The translations under genes were made by a program, and so were the position numbers. From Octopus vulgaris (lineage: Eukaryota): a stretch of DNA of 64,000 bases. Below, one piece after another: positions 52,830 to 64,000 of this stretch. The notes beneath the pieces were generated by a model. The model saw only the letters and a program-made list of their open reading frames with translations, made no database searches and was not told the DNA's origin. Within the stretch, counting starts at the first letter, position 1; each line of letters begins with the position of its first letter. The DNA is taken from contig OX597840.1 in assembly GCA_951406725.2 (NCBI GenBank), forward strand, positions 7,750,001 to 7,814,000. The letters are read 5' to 3'.

Positions 52830-53713
52830 TTAATAATGAAAGTTATTTTAGTAAATTCTACTTTTTTTTTTTTTACTTGTTTCAGTCATTTGACTGCGGT
52901 CATGCTGGAGCACTGCCTTTAATTGAATCAAATCGACCCCAGGACTTATTCTTTGTAAGCCTAGTACTTATCCTGTCGGTCTCTTTTGCCGAACCACTAA
53001 GTTACAGGGACCTAAACACACCAGCATCGGTTGTCAAGTGATGTTGGGGGGACAAACACAGAAACATAACATATACACACACATCATCATCGTTTAATGT
53101 CCGTTCTCCATGCTAGCATGGGTTGGACAGTTCGACCGGGGATCTGGGAAGCCAGAAGGCTGCACCAGGCTCCAGTCTGATCTGGCAGTGTTTCTACAGC
53201 TGGATGCCCTTCCTAACGCCAACCACTCCGTGTGTGTAGTGGGTGCTTTTTACGTGCCACCTGCACAAGTGCCAGGCGAGGCTGGCAACGGCCACGGTCG
53301 GATTGGTGTATTTTATGTGCCACCGGCACGGAAGCCAGACGAGGCGGTGCTGGCATCGGCCACGAGTCGGATGGTGCTTTTTACGTACCACCAGACCAGG
53401 GATCCTGGCTGGTTCAATTCGATTTCAATTTCGCTTGCCCCAACATGTCTTCGCAAGCAAGGGGGTTGGCATGGGTGCCTGTTGTACGGTCAGATTGGTG
53501 TATTTTACGTGCCACCGGCACGGAAGCCAGTGGAGGCGGTGCTGGCATCGGCCACGAGTCGGATATACATATATACGATGGGCTTCTTTCAATTTCCATC
53601 TACCAAATCCACTTACAAGGCTTTGGTCGACCCAAGGCTATAGTAGAAGATACTTGCCGAAGCTGCCACGCAGTGGTACTGAACCCGGAACCATGTGGTT
53701 GGTAAGCAAGCTA

Positions 53714-53891
53714 CTTACCACACAGCCACTCCTGCACTTACTTACCACACAGCAACTCCTGCGCCTGCTTACCACACAGCCACTCCTGCGCCTGCTTACC
53801 ACACAGCCACTCCTGCGCCTGCTTACCACACAGCAACTCCTGCGCCTGCTTACCACACAGCAACTCCTGCACCTGCTTACCTCACAGCCAC
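53714..53891 (-). repeat. 27-bp tandem repeat of the SINE A 5' end
   Basis: CTTACCACACAGCCACTCCTGCGCCTG repeated about 6.5 times. Confidence 0.92.
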
Positions 53892-54014
53892 AAATCCTTT
53901 TAAAAGTAATCATAACAAATGCAGAAGCATGGTAACAAAAGGGTCAACTGTAAATTGTCTTTGGATTAATGTTTTTCTTTTTGCTGTTTTTCTTTTACTA
54001 TTCTCTTGTTGTCC

Positions 54015-54049
<35 letters not shown>

Positions 54050-54252
54050 AACTTGGGTCTGTGTGAAAAACCTTGATTAGCCCTTTTGATACCAACCTAT
54101 CTGACGTGGCCCAATCACTCTATCTCTTTTATGTGCAAATTGGCCAGATCCAGCCTCTTACCCTTTCCAGCAATGTCCAATGACTGAAACAAGTAAATGA
54201 CAAAGGATTCTATTCAGAATTGACTGTTCTAAGGGTTTTCAACAGAAATATA

Positions 54253-54856
54253 ATTTCTTTATTGCCCACAAGGGGCTAAACATAGAGGGGACAAACAAGG
54301 ACAGACAAAGGGATTAAGTCGATTCCATCGACCCCCCCAGTGCGTAACTGGTACTTAGTTTATCGACCCCGAAAGGATGAAAGGCAAAGTCGACCTCAGC
54401 GGAATTTGAACTCAGAACGTAACGACAGATGAAATATCTATTTCTTTACTACCCACAAGGGGCTAAACACAGAGGGGACAAACAAGGACAGACAAAGGGA
54501 TTAAGTCGATTCCATCGACCCCCCAGTGCGTAACTGGTACTTAATTTATTGACCCCGAAAGGATGAAAGGCAAAGTCGACCTCAGCGGAATTTGAACTCA
54601 GAACGTAACGACAGATAAAATATCTATTTCTTTACTACCCACAAGGGGCTAAACACAGAGGGGACAAACAAGGACAGGCAAAGGGATTGTCGATTACATC
54701 GACCCCAGTGCGTAACTAGTACTTAATTTATCGACCCCAAAAAGATGAAAGGCAATGTCGACCTCGGTGGAATTTGAACTCAGAACGTAACGGCAGACGA
54801 AATACCGCGAAGCATCTCGCCCGGCGTGCTAACGTTTATGCCAGCTCGCCGCCTTC
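54253..54856 (-). mobile_element. SINE B trimer
   Basis: Same architecture on the - strand; imperfect TSD ggtttt..aacagaaatat. Confidence 0.88.
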
Positions 54857-55058
54857 AGGTTTTTGAACAGAAATATGGTAACAAAAGGGTTAAGTAGAGG
54901 AAATTTTGTATGTGCGCGTGTATGAAGGTGATCCTTTGTGTGTGTGTGTGTGTATGTATATGGGTGTGTCTGTGTGTTTAATGGTGCTAGCTTGGTTAAT
55001 TGTGGAGATGTCTTTGAATTTCGTTTTCACGTGCACACGCCATTTTCGTCTGTTCCAG

Positions 55059-55182
55059 GCCAGCAGGCTTCACTGCTGCTCTGAATACTATGGCTGACCA
55101 AAATGTTGCTTTTAGTGGTGTTTCAGATGATGAAAAAAGGAAAATTCTCGATGATGAAACTCAGCGTTTGAATCAATTAAAG
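55059..55182 (+). CDS. PICALM: PICALM/AP180 exon: KPAGFTAALNTMADQNVAFSGVSDDEKRKILDDETQRLNQLK
   Basis: tgttccag| ... AAG|gtaaat; 124 nt, phase 2-0. Compare PICALM VDEREKQAALEEEQARLKALK. No further exon recognised in the window. Confidence 0.9.
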
Positions 55183-55419
55183 GTAAATTCCTCCACATCT
55201 CTCTTTCACTCTCTGTCTTCTTTTCCTTTCTAACCCTTCTCCCCTTTTCCACCTAACCCCTTCTATACCACACCAACCCCACTGTACCTTTCTCTATTGT
55301 ATGTTCTTATTTTGTTTGTTTGGTTTGTTTTTTAATTAATCTGTCTGTGTGTCCTTCCTCCCACTACCTGAATGTCGTTTGTTGTTAATTTTTGTTTTTT
55401 CTTAACAATTAGTGCTGAT

Positions 55420-56100
55420 TATGACGGTGTTGTTTTTGACAGTGTTGTTGACGTTTGCTGTTGACTGTGTTATTAATGACAAATAGCGTTGCTGTTGACA
55501 AATAGTATTGACGGTGTTGTTGATAATTAGTGTTGTTGTTGACCGTCTTTTTGTTGACAGTGCGACTGTTGACAAATAGTATTGACGGTGTTGTTGATAA
55601 TTAGTGTTGTTGTTGACCGTCTTTTTGTTGACAGTGCGACTGTTGACAAATAGTATTGACGGTGTTGTTGATAATTAGTGTTGTTGTTGACCGTTTTTTG
55701 TTGACAATGCTGTTGTTGAGTGTTAACAGTTTGTGATTTTGTTGACACTTGGTGCCATTGTTGACTCATAGTGTTTGTCGTCAATAGTCTTGTTGACAGT
55801 GTTGTGTGTTGTTAGTGTTGCGTTGACAGTAAGTGTTGTTGACGGTGTTGCTGTTGACAGTTACTGCTGCTTTTGACAATGTTGTTTGTAACAATATTGT
55901 TGTTGATAATTAGTACTATAAACTATTAGTTTTACCGGTAGCAGTCAGTGTAGCTGTTGACGGTGTTCTTCATTGACAATTAATATTACTGATAATTAAC
56001 ATTGTAGACTCTTAGTATTGACAGTGTCAATGTTGACTGTTGTTAATGACGGTATTGTTAACAATTAATATTGTTTTGTTGTGAATGGTATTGGTTTCTA
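55420..56100. repeat. GTTGAC-rich degenerate repeat with a 74-bp triplication
   Basis: Units start at 55492, 55566 and 55640. Confidence 0.85.
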
Positions 56101-57132
56101 ATAATTAGTCTTGTCTTTTTAACAGCAATGTTTTGTAACAATTGATATTGTCTTTTTTCGCAATTACTATTATTAATAATTAGTATTGTACTTTTTAAAA
56201 TAACTACTCTTTCTTTTTTTTTCTTTTTTTTTTACAATTTTTTTTACAATTCGCACTTTGCACTGTTGTTTTAAAGAACTTGCATTCTTGGCTCTTAATA
56301 ATTCTCACTTTTTTTTCAATAATTAGCATTTTTCATTGTTTTTTCATTATTAATTAGCATTGTTCGTTGTTTTACTAATCAGTATTGTTGATTGTTTTAG
56401 AAATTCACGTAGCTTGTTTTTTAAATTAGTATTGTTGTTTTCCTAACTTTTTAATAATTGATATTTTAATTTCAAGAGTTTTTTAATTAAAAAACACTTT
56501 ACTTGAGGTGATAGTGGTGGTGGGTTGTCGTAGTAGTGGTAGAGGATGAAATTAATGAAACCAATTAATTAATGTTGACAAATTGCTAACCTAAACTCGT
56601 TATTTTCACATGTATCCCGTACAATTTCTGTGTTGTTATGCATCGTGAGTAACTTAAGGATGTGTGGGTGTGTGTAGATGATGTCATTTTTGTTTGCTGT
56701 CACATTTATGTACTTCTGTGTTTGTGCATGTGTGTGTGTATGTGTATGTATATGTATGTATATATGTGTGTGTATGTATTTCTGTGTATATGTGTATGTA
56801 TGTATATGTGTGTATATGTGTATGTATGTGTGTATGTATGTATGTGTGTATATATGTATGTATGTGTGTATATGTATGTGTGTGTTTGTATGTGTGTATG
56901 TATGTTTCTGTATGTGCGTGTATGTATGTATGTGTATATATGTGTGTGTGCATGTATGTGTATATATGTATGTATGTGTGTATATGTGTGTGTGTGTGTA
57001 TGTATGTTTCAGTATGTGCGTGTATGTATGTGTATATATGTGTGTGTGCATGTATGTGTGTATATGTGTATGTATGTATGTGCATATATGTATCTGTGAA
57101 TATGTTTTTGCATATATGTGTGTGTGTGTGTG

Positions 57133-57885
57133 TGGCCAGATCAATAAGTATCTGGACTGTTGGCACAGACTGACCTTGAACACTGCTGTGCATGCACATT
57201 AAGTCCTAGCTCACTTCTGCTGTTTACAGCAGTGTTAGGAAGGAAGGTGTGTAGCGTGTCATCATCGCAATGAACATGACAGAAAGTTGAGCAGAGAATC
57301 TGCATCAAACATTGCGAATGCAAAGTTTTCAAAACGTTTTCATCGTTCTTGACACAATCAAAGAGATCTTGTGCAACTGAGACCCAAATATCTTTTTGGT
57401 TAGCAGAAAGCAGTTTTTGGCACAAACTTGGCAGACACGCATCTCATACCCAAATCTTCAGTGATAATGGATTGAACTGAACCGTAACTAATCTGCACAT
57501 CCTCTGATAACTCAGGGATGGTGATTCTACGATTTCGCCTCACATCTGCATATGCAGCTGTGATATTTTTCTCAGCTCTGGGAGACATTTTTTTGGCCAT
57601 CTTTGAAATGTCCGAACCACTTGTACACTTCTGGGTGGTTCATACACACCTCTCCATACATTTCATGCAACTTTGTGTCGGCCTCTGAGCAGGTATTGTC
57701 ATGATGGCACACGCTACACATGCTCCTTCCAAGCATTGCTGTAAACAGCAGAAATGAGCTAGAACATTAAAACTTTGTACGTATGCACAGCAGTCCAAGG
57801 TCAATCTGTGCCAAACAGCTTCACTCTGCATGATTTAGCTTCGTTACTATGGCAACAGTCCAGATACTTATTGATCAGACCTCAT
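57133..57885. mobile_element. Mariner-derived element made of two inward-facing left ends
   Basis: GATCAATAAGTATCTGGACTGTTG plus 5' UTR at both ends; EQRICIK on +; RRITIPELSEDVQISYGSVQSIITEDLGMRCVSAKFVPK on -. The same end occurs at about 35640. Confidence 0.8.
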
Positions 57886-58612
57886 ATGATATATATATAT
57901 ATCATCATCATCATCGTTTAGCGTCCGCTTTCCATGCTAGCATGGGTTGGACGGTTCAACTGGGGTCTGGGAAGCCAGTCTGATCTGGCAATGTTTCTAG
58001 AGCTGGATGCCCTTCCTAATGCCAACCACTCCGTGAGTGTAGTGGGTGCTTTTTACGTGCCACCGGTACAGGTGCTAGATGAGGCTGGCAAACGGCTACG
58101 GTCAGATGGTGTTTTTTACATGCCACTGGCACGGGGACCAGGCGAGGCTGGCAAACGGCCACAATCGGATGGTGCTTTTTACGTGCTACCGGCATGGGGG
58201 CCAGGTGAAGCTGGCAATGGTGACGTTCGGATGGTGCTTTTTACGTGCCACCGGCACACATATATATATATATACATAAATGCAGGTGTGGCTGTATGGT
58301 AAGAAGCTTGCTTCCCAACCACATGGTTCCGGGTTCAGTCCCACTGCATGGCACTTTGGTCAAGTGTCCTACACTATAGCTTCCGGCCAACCAAAGCCGT
58401 GTGAGTGTATTTGGTAGGGTACATGTAAAAGGCCAGGTCTTTCATGTTATCATAACACTCACCAATTCTGACAGTTTCACCATTATTACTTCGCTACTTG
58501 TACTATTTCTATTTGTGCTGCATTTTGACTGAACCTCCTATTCATTATATTACAATTGGCTTCACAAATTATATAATTACGAACATTATTATTACTAGCA
58601 TTATTATTATAC

Positions 58613-60057
58613 CCTACTTGTGAAGACCTGTTGAGGCAAGTGAAAATCAAAATCGATCAACATCAATGGAAATTATAGCTGTGATACCAGTGCTGGTGGC
58701 ACGTAAAAACCACCATCTGATCGTGGCTGTTTGCCAGCCTCATCTGGCACCTGTGCCGCTGGCACGTAAAAAGCACCATCCAATTGTGGCCGTTTGCCAG
58801 CCTCACCGGTGGCATGTAAAAAACACCATCCGATCGTGGCCGTTTGCCAGCCTCGTCTGGCACCTGTGCCGGTGGCACGTAAAAAGCACCATCTGATCGT
58901 AGCCGTTTGCCAGCCTCGTCTGGCACCTGTGCCAGTGGCATGTAAAAAACACCATCCGATCGTGGCCATATGCCAGCCTCGTCTGGCACCTGTGCCGGTG
59001 GCACGTAAAAAGCACCACCTGATCATGGCCGTTTGCCAGCCTCGTCTGGCACCTGTGCCGGTGGCACGTAAAAAACACTATCCAATTGTGGCCGTTTGCC
59101 AGCCTCGTCTGGCACCTGTGCCGGTGGCACGTAAAAAACACCATCCGATCGTGGCCGTTTACCAGCCTCGTTTGGCACCTGTGCCGGTGGCACGTAAAAA
59201 ACACCATCCGATCGTGGCCGTTTACCAGCCTCATCTGGCACCTGTGCCACTGGCACGTAAAAAACACTATCCAATTGTGGCCGTTTGCCAGCCTCGTCTG
59301 GCACCTGTGCCGGTGGCACGTAAAAAGCACCACCTGATCGTGGCCGTTTGCCAGCCTCGTCTGGCACCTGTGCAGGTGGCACGTAAAAAGCACCATCCGA
59401 TCGTGGCCGTTAGCCAGCCTCGTCTGGCCTCCATGCTGGTGACACGTAAAAAGCACCATCCGATCATGGCCGTTAGCCAGCCTCGTCTGGCACCTGTGCC
59501 AGTGGCACGTAAAAAGCACCATCCGATTGTGCCGTTGCCAGCTTTGCCTGGCCTCCATGCTGGTGGCACGTAAAATGCACCATCCGATCGTGGCCGTTAG
59601 CCAGCCTCGTCTGGCACCTGTGCCAGTGGCACGTAAAAAGCACCATCCGATTGTGCCGTTGCCAGCTTTGCCTGGCCTCCATGCTGGTGACACGTAAAAA
59701 GCACCATCCGATCGTGGCCGTTAGCCAGCCTCGTCTGGCACCTGTGCCAGTGGCACGTAAAAAGCACCATCCGATTGTGCCGTTGCCAGCTTCGCCTGGC
59801 CTCCATGCTGGTGGCACGTAAAAAGCACCATCCGATCGTGGCCGTTTGCCAGCCTTGTCTGGCACCTGTGCCAGTGGCATGTAAAAGCACCCACTACACT
59901 CACGGAGTGGTTGGCGTTAGGAAGGGCATCCAGCTGTAGAAACACTGCCAGATCTGACTGGAGCCTGGTGCAGCCTTCTGGCTTCCCAGAACCCAGTTGA
60001 ACCGTCCAACCCACGCTAGCATGGAAAATGGACGTTAAACGATGATGATGATGATGA
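58613..60057 (+). mobile_element. Interspersed family C ((GAT)n tail) with about 19 internal repeats of about 63 bp
   Basis: Unit GTGCCGGTGGCACGTAAAAAGCACCATCCGATCGTGGCCGTTTGCCAGCCTCGTCTGGCACCT. Shorter copies at 3883(-), 5150(-), 8690, 21930, 27576, 31198, 47427(-), 49355, 53083(-) and 57902(-). Confidence 0.9.
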
Positions 60058-61609
60058 CATAAGGGCTGATATGTTGAGCCAGTGTTGTAGTATAGGATGA
60101 TCAAACCAGTATGATCTCTTGAGCTCAGGATCATGGCTTCTGTATTGAACTGTGGTTGGTGGAGAGAACTTGCTGAGGCCTTCATCCTGCACTGGACTGA
60201 ACATAAGCGATCCAATGGGATCCAATTTGACCCTATCCAATCCAATGGCAAGATTAAAAATTAAAGGGATTATTCTTGTATTTTGTTTTAGAAATTCTAT
60301 ATCTTTGGTGTTAGTGTCTCTCTGTCTCTGATGTGTGGACATCAGATTCTGTCTTCCACCCGGGTCTGTTTCTTAGTCTTCTCTCTCTCTCTCTCTCTCT
60401 CCCTGTAATGTTCTCTGTCTCTACTCCTCCTTTCCTCTCTATTCCCTTTGCCTCTTTACCTCTTCCTCCCTCTCCTGCTCCTCTTCCCCTGTCCCTCTCT
60501 TTCTCACCTTGATCCTCTCTCTACTCCTCTTCTCCCTTCATTCTATTCCTCCCTCCTCTGTGCATACCTCTTTCTGCCCCACTCTACTCTTGCTCCTCCC
60601 TCTACCCTTCATGCCTCTCTCTGCCCTACTCTTCCTTCACCTCTCTGCTTCTCCTGCTCCTTCCTCTACCCTTTGCTCTTCTCTCTCTCTCTCTCTCTCT
60701 CTGTCCCACTCCTATCCTAGCTCCACCCACTCCTATCCTAGCTCCACCCCTGCTCCTTTGCTCCTCCTCTGCTCCTCTCTATACCCCCACTCCTCCCTCT
60801 ACTCCTCTTCTTTCTGTCTCTCTCATCCCACCCCCAACCTAAATAACCCTCAACCAACCACCTCCTCTTCCTGCTTCTCTTTTATATCTTCTCCATTCTC
60901 TGTTGTTGAAATCCATGTCTACCTTGAATCAATCTGTCTGGTCAGTGACCAAAGACTTTCCACCTATGACCATCTTGTCTTTTTTGTTTTTCAGTCTTTG
61001 CAGTGGTGTGTCTAAACTTACATTATCCAACTGACCTTTTCTTATCTTTTTTTTTTCTTTTTTAATATGATAGCAATGTAACTTGAAGATTTAGCTGCTG
61101 TTTCTAGCAAGCCAAACTGCAACACACAGACTCCCTTCTTGTCTGAAACACTTGACACCTCTCACTTGCAGGTCTTTTATTTTCCTGCTCTTTACAACTC
61201 TTTTAGCTTCACTTTTAAAGGAGGACCTAACGAAAGAGGGACTGGGTGAAATTAAAAATAATTTGCAGGTTTGTGTCACATACACATCCGAAAACCCCTG
61301 TCTTTGGTGCTTCTAAGCACTTAGTATTACTACTACTACTGGAAGCACAAGGATACAGATTTGGGGGAAGGGATTAAGTCGATTACATCGACCCCAGTGC
61401 ATAACTGGTACTTAATTTATCGACCCCGGAATGATGAAAAGCAAAGTCGACCTCAGCGGAATTTGAACTCAGAATGTAACAGCAGATGAAATATCATTAA
61501 GTATTGTGCCAGCTCACTGCCTTAATAATAATAATTATAATGATGATGATGATGATTCTTTCTACTATAAGCACGAAATTTGGTAGGAGGGGACTAGTTG
61601 ATTACAATG

Positions 61610-61827
61610 AAAAACCTGGCTGATGACAGTCAAGGCTGATCTGGAACCCAACCTAGGCCCCCATATCTATGGGGTTCGCTGCTGGAATAAGGATTGGTTG
61701 GAGATCACGCGGTCGTTAGCCTCAAATCGCCAGGCCTGGTCGGCGTTTGTGAGAGACACAGCATTGAGTATGAATGAAGCCAGCTCAACCCACCCCAGGT
61801 GAATGCTGTCTCAAGTCAAGTCAAGTC
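61610..61827 (+). mobile_element. RTE-clade LINE 3' end
   Basis: KTWLMTVKADLEP..GVRCWNKDWL..LASNRQAWSAFVRD; (CAAGT)n tail; imperfect TSD gattacaatga/gatgacattga. Confidence 0.8.
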
Positions 61828-62354
61828 GATGACATTGACCCCAGTGTTTCACTGGTACTTAATTTATCGATGAAAAGCTAAGTTGACTTTTGGTAGAATT
61901 TGAATTCAGAATGTAGAGACAGACAAAATGCTGCTAAACATTTTGCCCAGCGTGCTCATGATTCTGCCAGCTCACCGCCTTAATAATGATGATAATAATA
62001 ATAATTGGGCCTGGTGCAGCCTCCTGGCTTCCCAGATCTCAGTTGAACCGTCCAACCCATGGAAAGCATGGAAAGCGGATGTTAAACGATGAATAATAAT
62101 AATAATAATAGTGGTTTCAAACTTTGTCACAAGGCCAGCAGATTTGGAAAAAGGGGCTAACTTGATTACATTGACCCCAGTGTTCAACTAGTATTTATTT
62201 TATTTATTCTGAAAGCATAAAAGGCAAAGTCGACCTTGATGGCATTTGAACTCAGAACATAAAGGCAGGTGAAATGCCACTAAGCATTTTCCCTGGCATG
62301 CTAACAATTCTGCCAGCTTGCTGCTTTTATGTCAACAACAGCTACAAATGATCC

Positions 62355-62605
62355 AAAGGCACCAATGACCACCTTGTGATAGACAAAGTTGTAATGAAGA
62401 ACTGAAAATGATACCAAAAACGTCTTGTGCATGGCCTGGATAGACTTTAAAAAGGCTTGCAGCCTGTTGTCACTTTCATGGAATTTGGAAACACTTGACA
62501 TGTGTGGAGTAGCCTAGTTGGAAAACACATCTCTTCTATAACAACCAGCACTTAGCTGAGGTAAAAATCAAAAGAGGTATCTTTCAGGGAGACTCTTGTT
62601 CACCA
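62355..62605 (+). mobile_element. Degenerate non-LTR reverse transcriptase fragment (R4/Dong-like)
   Basis: GTNDHLVIDK..MAWIDFKKA..KIKRGIFQGDS, with stops and a frameshift. Confidence 0.7.
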
Positions 62606-62712
62606 AGACCGATTGTCAAGCAGTGGTGAGTGGACAAACACAGACACAAAGATATACATATAAATGTATACATATACATACATACACACACACACACACT
62701 CACATATATTCA

Positions 62713-63215
62713 TATATAATTGAAAAAATTGGTGTCAACAAGAAGGAGTTTGACACTTATTTTCAGTCACTACAATTGTTTCTATGCAGTGTAGTTCTCC
62801 AGGCATGCAGGTACTTGATAATGCATTATGAGATCTAGTTGTGTTTCCTCAGGCGATGTGTAAATATTGTTCAAATCCTCGGCTTCAAGAACATCCTCTC
62901 TGTCTGCCATGGCCTGAAGTTAGTAATAGTCACTGAGTTTATCAAGGTGTGTTGTTGCTGAAGGACTGTTAAACTCAGTGGTTACTACAAACCATGACAG
63001 ACAGACGATGCTCTTGAAGCCAAGAATTTGAACCTACAGAGACAATATTTACATATTGCCAGAGGAAACGCAACTAAATCTCACAATGCAGGGAAACTAT
63101 TGCATAATCAAGTACCTGCATGCCTGGAGAATTACATTTTGTAGAAACAATTGTAGTGATTGAAACTAAATGTCCAGCCATACTCCTTGTTGAATCCAAT
63201 TTTATCAATTATCTA
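62713..63215. repeat. Imperfect fold-back of about 500 bp with a hammerhead-like motif on each arm
   Basis: Complementary blocks such as cactacaattgtttcta/tagaaacaattgtagtg, tctccaggcatgcaggtacttga/tcaagtacctgcatgcctggaga and cactgagttta/taaactcagtg. Confidence 0.85.
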
Positions 63216-63472
63216 TTTACAAACAACAAGGATGAAAGGCACACACACACACATGTATATATACACACACATACATATGTTACTTGGCAAACTCACTAAT
63301 ATTGGTGGCATGGAAAACGTTACTCTGTTCACACCATAAAGTGGTTGGTGTTAAGAAGGGCATCCAGCCATAGGAATCGTGCCGAAGCTAACCCTGTAGC
63401 TGACTGTGGCCCTGGCTCTTCCAGATCCTGACAAACTGTCCAACCTATGCCAGTATGGAAAATTGTTGTTAA

Positions 63473-63677
63473 CCCTTTAGCATTCAGGTTTATCAGTGTC
63501 AAACGTATTATTTATTTATTTACATTGTTTTGAATTAATTATGCATTATCTTGTAGCTTCAAGATTTTGATGATGTGGTTGTATATTTTTAGAATGACAT
63601 TGTAGGGTAAGTGTGAGAGGCCGGATCCAGTCAGTTTGAACATAAAAACAAGAATAGCAGCTTTAAATGCTAAAAGG
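63473..63677. mobile_element. piggyBac-type MITE
   Basis: TTAA|CCCTTTAGCATT ... AATGCTAAAAGG|TTAA. Confidence 0.75.
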
Positions 63678-63723
63678 TTAAGTAATAATGTGTATAAATA
63701 TATTAACCAACACAGCTCATTTT

Positions 63724-63786
<63 letters not shown>

Positions 63787-64000
63787 TCACACTCACACAG
63801 GCTATTCTCATTCGTTCTCCATTCCTCCTGCTCATCTGAGTTTTCCTCTTCTTTCCATATCGACAGTTACTGTCACGCTATGTTATGAAGGTGGAGGTGG
63901 TGATGGTAATGAATACCAGTGTCACATTAAATAGTTTACGTTACTATCTCTCTGTCCCTTTCCTTCTCCCCTCTCTTTTTCTCTCCTTCGCTGTCTCACG

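Noticed and set aside
55061-55066. Tandem CAGCAG alternative acceptors
   Set aside because: Both are out of frame relative to the 55059 start.
58680-59885. CRISPR-like array, and a resemblance of GAGTCGGATGGTGCTTTTT (about 53365) to a tracrRNA tail
   Set aside because: Units are wholly repeated with no unique spacers, there are no cas genes, and they lie in a eukaryotic interspersed repeat. The short match is coincidental.
60370-60900. Polypyrimidine stretch as an exon or regulatory element
   Set aside because: Low-complexity CT sequence; no downstream PICALM-like exon recognised.

Overview
Eukaryotic, AT- and repeat-rich genomic DNA, most likely Octopus (inferred from the SINE landscape). 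The whole window lies inside one + strand gene, a PICALM/AP180 (SNAP91, Drosophila lap) family clathrin-assembly protein. Nine small GT-AG exons between 2801 and 55182 splice in frame into most of the ANTH domain plus the following helix. The first and last exons lie outside the window. Nearly all long ORFs in the six-frame track are microsatellite or SINE artefacts. The introns are packed with several SINE families, CR1/RTE/R4-like LINE ends, mariner/Tc1 remnants, hAT and piggyBac-type MITEs, Helitrons and satellites. Three things stand out. (1) The 29-kb intron holds two paralogous in-frame cassette exons (4825-4878 ALQQNLTGNPDFYALIRQ and 24687-24737 APQQPIPGSPDFHAIKQ) and a possible 9-nt microexon, all inserting at one ANTH position. 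(2) There is a swarm of short Penelope/retrozyme-like elements with type I hammerhead folds: one complete canonical (48731-48803) and several minimal ones with unusual catalytic-core variants, often inside long fold-back hairpins. (3) A hAT MITE pair has nested target-site duplications that suggest capture of a small DNA circle. All folds and alignments were done by eye; repeat boundaries are approximate.
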